The notes beneath the pieces were generated by a model. The model was not told the origin of the DNA. It searched no databases and was given only the letters and a program-made list of their open reading frames with translations. A stretch of DNA of 64,000 bases, taken from contig JBBIUA010000005.1 of the NCBI GenBank assembly GCA_037440445.1, positions 73,100-137,099 of the forward strand. Reading direction: 5' to 3'. This document shows positions 10,166 through 19,500 of the stretch, piece by piece (position 1 is the first letter of the stretch; every line of letters begins with the position of its first letter). The DNA comes from Ignavibacteria bacterium (GTDB taxonomy: Bacteria; Bacteroidota; Ignavibacteria; Kapaibacteriales; UBA2268). The translations under genes were made by a program, and so were the position numbers.

Positions 10166-11901
10166 CGAACAACAATAAATTGCTTTAAAATGGTTTGAGT
10201 AGGAGTTTGAAGTATTACAAAGTATATTCCGTTTGTTAACTTATCTCCATCGACTTCCACAAGATAGTTTCCTGGGTTAGCAAAACTTGAAAAAGGTATT
10301 TCAACAATTTCTCCAATTGAATTGAGTACTTTTATTGTTGTAAATCCTTTTTCAATTAATCCAAAATGAATTAAAATTTTTGAATTAAATGGATTTGGGT
10401 ATATGTCAGACAAAAACAACTTATTTTCTAATTCAACGAGCCTATTACCTCCTTCTTTACAAATATTTTTAACATTAACTCTACCATTCAAAGTTTGTGT
10501 ATTGATTTCTTTGCAATTCCAAGTAAAAGAATTAAAGTTTATTTCTGAAAATTCTGAATTACCAAGTGTCACAAAAAATGTTAAACTATCAAGCAATGTA
10601 GAAAGTGAAACACCAGAGATTTCAATTTCTTCAAACCCGTTACTTTTATACTTTGGTTTATGATTGATTGGAAATAAAACCGAAGGGTTATAGTTAATTT
10701 GAACTTTGAAACTGTCGTAATTACAAGCAAAAAAGTTCTCCTGACCAATCATTTGCAATGGCAAAGTAATTATTTCTCCAATATTTGCTTCAACAGTGTC
10801 AAGTTTCAAAGTTGTAGATATAGAATAAAAATCGACTTTTAAACTTGTAGTATCTTTGCATCCAAAGTAATTTTCCACAATCAAGATGTAAGTTCCAGGA
10901 TCATAGACAGTTATTGAAGATGTAGTGTCACCGGTCGACCAGTAATACTTAAGTCCTTCAGTTGCAATAAGTTTAACGCTGTCGCAAGGGCAAATGGGAA
11001 AAGGTTTATCACTTGTAATTTTGGCAAGGGGCTTATAATGGACAAGAACGGTTACCGAGTCGTATGCTACACACCCTAAACTGTCAGTAACTTCAAGATA
11101 ATAGGTAGTTGTCTTGGATGGCGAAGCTAAAGGATTAGAAACATAAGCGGAATTAAGACCTTCTTCGGGAAACCATCGATAACTGTAAGGTTTATATCCT
11201 TGTAAAGCACTCTGGTTACTAATTTCTCCTAATATTACAGTGTCGCCAAAACAAATTTCCTGATTTTGACCCGCACAGGCTTGAACGTTACAAAGTGATT
11301 TAAAAGAAATTTCATCAAGTCCAAAGTCGTTTCCAAAATATTTGAGTTGTAAGTCTTTGAAAGTAATTTTTAAATGTTTATTTTCACCGGAATACCAAAT
11401 GATAGAACGCGTCAGCCATTTGCAAGTTTCCTTTGGAACATACACCGTGTCGAAGAATTGCTCGTTGAATGAAACTTGAATTATTGGTAGATTTTTATTT
11501 GTATCGACTTTTGCATCAATGTTAGTATACATATATTTGAATTCATAGAATGTATTTGGTAAAACTTCAAATTCTTGTTCCCAAACTATTTGCAATCCAT
11601 CGAATAAATCGTTGCCATTGACAATTAAAAATTTTCCGTTTGGAATAAAAGGGTCGGAACAGCTATCGAAAGTATAATATTCATAATAAGGATTTGTAGT
11701 AACTTTAATGTTTTTAGGGAACTTAATAAAGGAGGTATCGTAAGTTGATATAAAACCATAAAATCCAAGTTCAAAGTTTCCATTAACGACTAGTTCTGGG
11801 TTAGGCGGTGTTGGAATGCAATCTTTAGCAGTTAAAAAAATAGTCGAAATCAGAGTAAAAATTATTACAAGTCCAAATTTCAGTATTTTTGTTTTTTTCA
11901 T
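10162..11901 (-). CDS. Secreted multidomain protein with T9SS C-terminal sorting domain
   Basis: Signal peptide; CBM-like N-terminus (NGNFELG); Cys-rich Ig/PKD-like modules; a cohesin-like segment. The type-A CTD is YPNPFNSKILIHF...NGIYFVILQ...KQFIVVR. Confidence 0.7.
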   Translation of the reverse strand: MKKTKILKFGLVIIFTLISTIFLTAKDCIPTPPNPELVVNGNFELGFYGFISTYDTSFIKFPKNIKVTTNPYYEYYTFDSCSDPFIPNGKFLIVNGNDLFDGLQIVWEQEFEVLPNTFYEFKYMYTNIDAKVDTNKNLPIIQVSFNEQFFDTVYVPKETCKWLTRSIIWYSGENKHLKITFKDLQLKYFGNDFGLDEISFKSLCNVQACAGQNQEICFGDTVILGEISNQSALQGYKPYSYRWFPEEGLNSAYVSNPLASPSKTTTYYLEVTDSLGCVAYDSVTVLVHYKPLAKITSDKPFPICPCDSVKLIATEGLKYYWSTGDTTSSITVYDPGTYILIVENYFGCKDTTSLKVDFYSISTTLKLDTVEANIGEIITLPLQMIGQENFFACNYDSFKVQINYNPSVLFPINHKPKYKSNGFEEIEISGVSLSTLLDSLTFFVTLGNSEFSEINFNSFTWNCKEINTQTLNGRVNVKNICKEGGNRLVELENKLFLSDIYPNPFNSKILIHFGLIEKGFTTIKVLNSIGEIVEIPFSSFANPGNYLVEVDGDKLTNGIYFVILQTPTQTILKQFIVVR

Positions 11902-11961
11902 TTTTTTTTGTTATTTAAATAACTAAATTAACAATTTAAAATTAAGATAAGAGCAAATTAA

Positions 11962-13419
11962 ATGCCAATTTTTAAAAAAGATAATAATGTTAAGTTATTA
12001 AATAATATAAACCTGCTATTAATTTTTTATTCAATTATCTCTATTATTATTATCTTTTCACTTCGAATATTTTATCCTTATCAGTTAGAATGGATGGAAG
12101 GAGGGGAAATAGAGCATATCGTAAGAATTCTAGAAGGTAAAAATATTTACTCCCAACCCACTTTGGAGTTTATTCCATATATATACACACCGTTGTTTTA
12201 CTATATTGGTGTAGTTTTTGTAAAAATATTTGGAATTAATTTCTTTTCTACAAGATTAATTTCCGTTTTGAGTTTTCTTCTGATATTAATTTTAATTTAC
12301 TTGGCCACACATAGATATACAAAAGATAGGTTCTGGAGCTTAGTATCCGTTGGATTGATTTGTTTGTCATACTCTACAACTGGTTTTTGGTTCGATTTAG
12401 CTCGTGTTGATACTCTTGCAAATCTTTTTATGTTGTTATCCTTTTTTTTTATTACATATGAAAAGTCTAAGCAAAATTTACTATCAGCTCTTTTTGCATT
12501 TTGTGCTTTTTATACCAAACAAAGTTTCTTTGCAATACATATTTTTCTACTTTTAGGATTGTTGATTCGAAACCGGAGGCTTTTTTTTCAACATTTTTTT
12601 CTTTATTTTACTCTTATTTTGTTTTCCACAATTTTTGAAACTATCAAAAGTGATGGATGGTATATTTTTTGGAATTTCACATTACCAGCAACTCATCATT
12701 GGATATGGAGTCGAATTTTGACTTTTTGGACAGTAGATATTTTACCTTTTTATTCTATAGCTTTAGCATTGATAATTGCTTTTGTATTAAGCGAAAGAAG
12801 AAAAATTTTTGAGGATACAAACATTTATATTTATCTTTTTCTTTTTGGAACTGTCCTTAGTTCATATCTATTAAGGCTTCATTATGGTGGATATTTAAAT
12901 GTGTTAATTCCTTTGGTTATTTCTATTTCTATGGTTTTCCCAATAATTTCCTTTAAATTTCAACAAAATTTAAATAATAAAAGTGGGGATTTACTTATTG
13001 GCACATTATTGCTTATGCAGTTTGCTTTGTTAATCTACGATTTTAGAACCCCAATACCTACCGAAAAGGACAGAAAAGATATAGAATATCTGTTGAGTAG
13101 TTTTTCTAAAGTTGAGGGCGAAGTATATCTTATGGGATACAATTACATTCAAAGGTATATTGGGAAAAAATCCTACCCACATTATGTTTTAGTAAATGAT
13201 TTACTTTTAACCAATTTGAAAGAGAAAGAAAATTTCAAAGATGAATTAATTAATGCTTTGAAAAGTAAAAAATTTTCTGCAATTGTTTTGGACAATGATT
13301 TATCATTGGATTATTTAGATGAATATTACTATAAATCGGAAAAGTTTTTTTTTCATAGGGTATTTAATACAAAAGAAAATTCTGTTAGAAAAGAAGTTGT
13401 TTGGTTGCCAAAACAATAA
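11962..13419 (+). CDS. Polytopic membrane protein, possible GT-C fold (ArnT/PMT-like) glycosyltransferase
   Basis: 485 aa with more than 10 hydrophobic helices followed by a soluble C-terminal domain. The architecture resembles GT39/GT83 enzymes, but I recognised no diagnostic motif. Confidence 0.4.
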   Translation: MPIFKKDNNVKLLNNINLLLIFYSIISIIIIFSLRIFYPYQLEWMEGGEIEHIVRILEGKNIYSQPTLEFIPYIYTPLFYYIGVVFVKIFGINFFSTRLISVLSFLLILILIYLATHRYTKDRFWSLVSVGLICLSYSTTGFWFDLARVDTLANLFMLLSFFFITYEKSKQNLLSALFAFCAFYTKQSFFAIHIFLLLGLLIRNRRLFFQHFFLYFTLILFSTIFETIKSDGWYIFWNFTLPATHHWIWSRILTFWTVDILPFYSIALALIIAFVLSERRKIFEDTNIYIYLFLFGTVLSSYLLRLHYGGYLNVLIPLVISISMVFPIISFKFQQNLNNKSGDLLIGTLLLMQFALLIYDFRTPIPTEKDRKDIEYLLSSFSKVEGEVYLMGYNYIQRYIGKKSYPHYVLVNDLLLTNLKEKENFKDELINALKSKKFSAIVLDNDLSLDYLDEYYYKSEKFFFHRVFNTKENSVRKEVVWLPKQ

Positions 13420-13540
13420 GATTACAATAACATTTTTTCCTAATTAATTTATTTCTAAAAGTGGGAAAACGACTTTTCTTTTGAAGAAAATGTATTAATT
13501 TGCAGTTTTATATTTCTCTTAAATTTTCTGGAGACCAATC

Positions 13541-14467
13541 ATGAGTATTCTGGTAAACAAAAAAACAAAAGCGATTGTACAAGGTATAACTGGTTCGGAA
13601 GGGACTTTTCATACAGCTCAGATGATTGAGTATGGAACTCGTATCGTTGGTGGAGTAACTCCGGGGAAAGGTGGAACATTTTACAAAGGTAATGAACATT
13701 ATCGTTTCCAAAAGGAAGTCCCTATTTTCAATAGTGTTCGAGAAGCTGTCGAAAATGTAAAGCCCGATGCTACTGTTATTTTTGTTCCACCTGCATTTGC
13801 TGCAGATGCTATTCTTGAGGCAATCGAATCCGAGATTAAATTAATTGTTACTATTACCGAGGGCATACCAACAAAAGATATGGTTAAAGTTTATTCTGCT
13901 CTTAAAAGTTCAAAATCGAGAATGATTGGACCGAATTGCCCGGGGATTATAACCCCAGGGGAATGTAAGTTGGGAATTATTCCTGGTTTTATTCATAAAC
14001 CTGGTACAGTCGGTGTAGTTTCAAGAAGTGGAACTTTAACTTACGAAGCCGTTAAACAAATTTCAGATGTCGGACTTGGGCAAAGCACTTGTATTGGGAT
14101 AGGTGGTGACCCAATTATCGGGACCACATTTGTTGATGTGATTGAACTCTTCAACAAGGACCCGAAAACAGAAGTTATAATGATGATCGGAGAGATTGGT
14201 GGAACAGCAGAGGAAGAAGCCGCCGAGTATATTGAAAAATACGTTCGCAAACCAGTTGTTGCATTTATTGCTGGTAGAACTGCCCCGCCTGGACGTAGAA
14301 TGGGACATGCTGGTGCTATTATTTCTGGTGGCAAAGGTACAGCTAAGGAGAAAATAGATGCACTTGAACAAGCAGGTGTTACTGTGGTTGAGTCGCCGGC
14401 TGAAATTGGGTTAACAGTTTTAAAAGTTTATAGCAAATTTATTAATAAACAAAAAAAGGTTGTTTAA
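13541..14467 (+). CDS. sucD: Succinyl-CoA synthetase alpha subunit
   Basis: CoA-binding site [21 protein letters not shown], and the phosphohistidine loop [16 protein letters not shown]. Confidence 0.95.
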   Translation: MSILVNKKTKAIVQGITGSEGTFHTAQMIEYGTRIVGGVTPGKGGTFYKGNEHYRFQKEVPIFNSVREAVENVKPDATVIFVPPAFAADAILEAIESEIKLIVTITEGIPTKDMVKVYSALKSSKSRMIGPNCPGIITPGECKLGIIPGFIHKPGTVGVVSRSGTLTYEAVKQISDVGLGQSTCIGIGGDPIIGTTFVDVIELFNKDPKTEVIMMIGEIGGTAEEEAAEYIEKYVRKPVVAFIAGRTAPPGRRMGHAGAIISGGKGTAKEKIDALEQAGVTVVESPAEIGLTVLKVYSKFINKQKKVV

Positions 14468-14485
14468 TAATTCGGAAATGTTGTT

Positions 14486-14911
14486 ATGAATCAAAAGACG
14501 TTAGCAATTATTAAGCCAGATGCAGTTGAAAAAGGTGTTGTAGGTGATATTATTCAAAGAATACAAAATGCGGGATTCAAAATTCTTGGAATGAAATTCA
14601 TCAGATTGAGTGAAGCTCAAGCTAAGGCTTTCTATGAAATTCATAAGGACAAACCTTTTTTCAACGATTTGGTTAAATATATGACAAGTGGGCCTGTTGT
14701 TCCCATCGCCCTTGAAAAAGATAATGCAATCGAAGACTTTCGCAAGCTGATTGGGAGCACAGACCCTTCGAAAGCAGATGAAGGTACAATTAGAAAACTC
14801 TATGGGACAAATATTGAAAAAAATGCAATCCACGGGTCAGATTCACCAGAAAATGGAGAACGAGAAGTCCTTTTCTTCTTTTCACTTAGTGAAATGGTTT
14901 TAAATAGTTGA
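14486..14911 (+). CDS. ndk: Nucleoside diphosphate kinase
   Basis: TLAIIKPDAV, and NAIHGSDS containing the active-site His. Confidence 0.95.
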   Translation: MNQKTLAIIKPDAVEKGVVGDIIQRIQNAGFKILGMKFIRLSEAQAKAFYEIHKDKPFFNDLVKYMTSGPVVPIALEKDNAIEDFRKLIGSTDPSKADEGTIRKLYGTNIEKNAIHGSDSPENGEREVLFFFSLSEMVLNS

Positions 14912-14927
14912 AACTTTTTTCAATTTT

Positions 14928-15500
14928 GTGTGTCTTTACTATGTTTTAAAAGCAAAATTTCAAATAGTGTTTTCTAAATTTCAAAAACTTTCTGAAAAAA
15001 TTGTAGATAAAAATCCGTATTGGGATTATTGTATCGATGAATACGTACTTCCTAATAACAAACTGGGAAAGTACTTTTATGTACATAGCCCCGGGTCGAC
15101 TATTATAATTCCTATTTTGGACGATAGGTTTATTTTAACTAATCAATTTCGATATTTAAATCAAAAAATGAGTTTAGAGTTTCCCGGTGGCGGACTAAAA
15201 CCAAATTTGGATCCTTATAAAAATGCTTTTCAAGAATTGAAACAAGAGACAGGTTTTGTTGCCAATGAATTGTATGAAATTGGTAGATTTAATCCTTGTA
15301 ATGGAATGACAGATGAAATTTGCTTTGTTTTTTTGGCAAAAAATTTAGAAAAATTTAAACAAGATTTAGATGAAAGTGAAGAAATTAGTGTCGTTGCTTT
15401 GACAAAAAGTGAAATAAATCAAAAAATTAAAACAGGTGAAATATGGGATGGAATGACTTTGGCAAGTTGGTCTTTGTTTCTTTCTTTGCAATTATTTTGA
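14928..15500 (+). CDS. NUDIX hydrolase (ADP-ribose pyrophosphatase-like)
   Basis: Nudix box GGGLKPNLDPYKNAFQELKQETGF. The start is uncertain (GTG at 14928 or 14967). Confidence 0.8.
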   Translation: MCLYYVLKAKFQIVFSKFQKLSEKIVDKNPYWDYCIDEYVLPNNKLGKYFYVHSPGSTIIIPILDDRFILTNQFRYLNQKMSLEFPGGGLKPNLDPYKNAFQELKQETGFVANELYEIGRFNPCNGMTDEICFVFLAKNLEKFKQDLDESEEISVVALTKSEINQKIKTGEIWDGMTLASWSLFLSLQLF

Positions 15501-16453
15501 GTATTTATCAAATTTTATCACAAGAAAAAACGGTTCCTGGTGCAAAAGAGCCGTCCCTTCCACCGGCTTATTTATTGAAACCAGTTTTTAGAATACAGAA
15601 TTATTATAACTATGTTCTTTACGATACTACAGAGGTAATAAGAATTTATCAAGACAGTTCAATAGTAAAATATTCACGAAATATGATATATTATTTTACT
15701 TTAGTGCAACCCGACCCACCTGTAGAAGGTTTTTCTCGAGTAGAAGTTTCCATTGATTCTATTTATTATAGATTTCAAGAAGGGCAAAATGTTTATGAAT
15801 TCTCGAGCATTGAAAATTCTAATCCTAACGTTTTTAAATTCGAAGATTTTCAAACTTATAGTATACCTATGAGTATGGAATTTACAATAATATATTCCCC
15901 ATATGGCGAAGTTGCAAAAATCGAGGGTGAGAGACTTCTTGAAAAAAGAAAGTTCATCGATACCTTAAAAGCAACTAATCCTGATTCTATTTGGTATTTC
16001 AATTGGGTCGATGGACTAAGCGACTCAAGATTGAAGCAAATAGCCGATGTCATTAAAATAACATTCCCTCTTAATCCAGTTTATAAAGACTCAATTTGGT
16101 CTTCCCCAATTGAGTTACAAATTGAAGGAATAAATATTATCGATTCCTTAGAATTAAAATGTACTGGTTTTTTTAACAATAAGTATTCAATAATCGGTTC
16201 TTTCAAAAATCCACATTCCAAATGGAAAAAAACAAAGTTTTATGGGATAAAAACATTATCTTTACCTTACAAACTCGTAGGTGGTAAAGGGGGTTTTGAA
16301 CAAATTCTTTCTGCTGGGGGTTTGGTCCAATCCCTTAATATAAATTTTAATCTTGAAATAGTTGTGGGTGAGAAAGCTGAAAATATTTTATTTACCGAAA
16401 AGATCAAAAAGAATTTGAAATGGGAGATGGTTAAATCTTTCAAATTCAAATAA
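15443..16453 (+). CDS. Hypothetical secreted protein (no recognisable family)
   Basis: 336-aa ORF with a hydrophobic N-terminal segment. It overlaps the Nudix gene 3' end and lies 52 nt upstream of the giant adhesin gene. Confidence 0.5.
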   Translation: MGWNDFGKLVFVSFFAIILSIYQILSQEKTVPGAKEPSLPPAYLLKPVFRIQNYYNYVLYDTTEVIRIYQDSSIVKYSRNMIYYFTLVQPDPPVEGFSRVEVSIDSIYYRFQEGQNVYEFSSIENSNPNVFKFEDFQTYSIPMSMEFTIIYSPYGEVAKIEGERLLEKRKFIDTLKATNPDSIWYFNWVDGLSDSRLKQIADVIKITFPLNPVYKDSIWSSPIELQIEGINIIDSLELKCTGFFNNKYSIIGSFKNPHSKWKKTKFYGIKTLSLPYKLVGGKGGFEQILSAGGLVQSLNINFNLEIVVGEKAENILFTEKIKKNLKWEMVKSFKFK

Positions 16454-16505
16454 TCTTTTTAATTTTGTATTCCCATCAATATTTTTCCAAATAAGGGAGG
16501 TTTTT

Positions 16506-19500
16506 ATGTCAAAAAGGAATTTATTTGTCCGCTTTGTTTTATTTAGCCTTTTTCTAATAATCTTATCGAATCTTGACTTACTTTCCATTACTCGCACTGA
16601 ATCTTTCGATGGAACTACCTTTCCTCCAACGAATTGGACAGCCACCATTATTTCTGGTTCTTATAACTGGCAAAGATTAACATCGGGACTTTATCCAAGT
16701 ACTAGTCCCTATTCGGGAGCAGGTATGGCTGGTTATAATTCTTGGAGTGCCAGCAGTGGCTCAAGTGCAATTCTTGTAACTCCATTAATTGATTGGTCTC
16801 AACGTGGTTCAAACTCTGTTCAGGTTAGTTTTTGGATGTATAGAGACCCTGGTTATTCCTCAAGTCCTGATAGTATTATTGTTTGGGTTAATACTTCTGC
16901 AAGCCTTACAGGCGCTACCCGTTTGGGAGCAATTCATCGTTATTACTCAACTGCAGGTTGGTACCAATTTTCATACAGCATCCCTTCTTCTTTTAATGGA
17001 AGTACTAATTATATTATTTTCCAAGCATACAGTGGTTATGGTAACGATATGTACATTGACGAAGTTACCTATGACGAATATCCGAATGTTATGACTTATA
17101 CATCATCTACGGTATCACAAATAATTGGCGGAGTCGGTGTTGGATTTACAAATCAGCCTATTATTCGACTTGAAATTACAATGACTGGTTCGGCTAACCC
17201 ATTAAGTTTAACAAGTATTACATTTAATACTAATGGAACAACAAATGTGTCGGATATTGCAAGTGCCAGGGTTTATTACACTGGTACATCTGGAACATTT
17301 TCTACTTCGACACAATTTGGTTCTTCGGTAAACAATCCATCGGGTACCTTTACTATTTCTGGTACTCAGCAGTTGCAAAACGGGACTAATTATTTCTGGC
17401 TTGTTTATGATATTTCTTCTTCTGCTAGTGAAGGGAATTATGTTGATGCTCAATGTACAGGTTTTACAATTGGTTCTAATAGTTATACACCTTCGGTAAC
17501 AAATCCTCCTGGGGCAAGAGAAATTCGAGGACCAAGAATAGGAACATATACAGTTGGGACTGGTCAATATTACCAAACCCTATCTGAAGCTTTTTCCGAA
17601 ATAAATACTTTTGGAATGAAAGGTAACGTAACTCTATTAATTATGACCGATATTTATGAAACCGATGTTAATCCCCCTACATTAGGTCAATGGACTGAAT
17701 ACAATGGAAGTGGTTATACCTTAACAATTAAACCAAGCGGTGGAGCACGAACTATTTATGGTTCTTATCCTTCAACCGGAACTGTGATTCTTTATGGTGC
17801 TGATAGGGTTACAATTGATGGAAGCATTGGTGGAAGTGGCCGATACCTTACTATCAGAAACGATGCAACGACTGCTTCTTCTGGTTCTGCAGTAATTGTT
17901 TATTCTTTAGGGACTAATGCCGGTTGTGTCAACGTTAATATTCTAAATTGTAATATTTATGGAATAGGTAATACCACCTCCCAATCTGGAAGTTATGGTA
18001 TCTATGTTTATGGTGCGGATAATGATTATGTTTCACTTTCTAATAATATTATTCGAAGAAGTTACTATGGAATTTATGCTTATGGTGCATCAGGTGGAAA
18101 TATTGATAGTTTGAAAATCTTTAATAACATTTTTGGTGGAGATGTTGCATCTGATTACATTGGTTACCGAGGCATATATCTCTATTATGCACAAGGAGCT
18201 AAATTGTTTGGAAATACTATTTACAATATTAAAAGAACAGATGGAACTAATCTTGCGGGCATTGAACTTAGTAGTTATTGTCAAGACGCACAAATTGTTG
18301 GTAATAAGATATATGGAATATATCAAGAATCAAGTGGAGGTTGGGGTGCTTATGGAATCAATATTGCTTCTTCAACAGGAAACTCTAATATTTTAATTGC
18401 TAATAATATGATTTCGGACCTTCATACGATGAATTACAGCTCTTCGAGCACAACTTACAATCCATTTGGTATTAGGATTACAGGTGGATCTAATTATAAA
18501 ATTTACCATAACACTGTAAATATGTATGGAACTCAAGCAAATGTCGGTTCCTCTCCAAGTATGAGCGCTTGTTTGCTGATTACTTCTACATCGGTTACTG
18601 GAACAGATATGCGGAATAATATTTTCGTGAATAGCTTGGGTAGTAATATCTCTGGCAGTAAAATGTATTCAGTTTATGTACCCTCGGGCTTTACTTTTTC
18701 TACAATTAATTATAATAACTATTATGTTTCGGGGAATTATGGTATTCTTGGTTATTATGGTGCCGATAAAACCTCATTAAGTGATTGGAGAAACTCATCC
18801 GGTGGCGATGGAAATTCTATAAATGTTCAGCCATATTTTATTGGTAATGATGATTTGCATTTAACAGGAAGTAACATTGTGGACAGTCGATTTCTCGCCC
18901 CCGCGATAAGTGGGATTAATACAGATTTTGATAATGAAACTCGTCGTTCAAGCAATGTAACTATTGGTTGTGACGAAGTTCGACCCATTCTGACTGCAAA
19001 TCCCATAACATTTAACCCAGATCTTGCTGTTTATTGCAAAGACGGTTCCGTTACGATATCTACTTCTGCTGCAATTTCCGGATATATGGATGGAATTCCT
19101 CGCAGCGTAACTAATCCTACCTTTGATTACCAATGGACCAAGAATTCTCAAGATATCAACGGTGCCAATAATCAAACTCTTGTATTTACATCCCTTGTAC
19201 AGAGCGACTCTGCCTATTATGGTTGTAAAATTTCTTTGTTTGGAGAGTCAACAATTGCACAAGATAAATTATTAACTGTGGAATCCCCAATTCAAATCAT
19301 CAGCCATCCTCAAAATTCATCAATTTGTGCTGATTTAAATCCTACTATTAGTTTAAGTAGTAACTCAACAGGAACAATAATTGGCTGGCAATGGCAAAAA
19401 AGCGACCCATCAAATCCAAACCTTTGGATTGATATTCCTGGAGCTAACGGACCAGAATTAATTCAGAGTATTCAAGACCCAAATAGTGCAACGGGCTACT

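Noticed and set aside
12442-12450. T9 homopolymer tracts in the membrane glycosyltransferase-like gene (also at 13345-13353) as possible phase-variation switches
   Set aside because: The tracts simply encode Phe-Phe-Phe in an AT-rich genome. An identical T9 occurs in the housekeeping gene ruvC (22432-22440), so there is no evidence of contingency-locus behaviour.
14041-14371. Two antisense ORFs of about 100 aa inside sucD
   Set aside because: They lie entirely within a strongly supported conserved gene, have low-complexity Pro/Ser/Ile-rich translations and lack SD sites. This is the typical shadow-ORF artefact.
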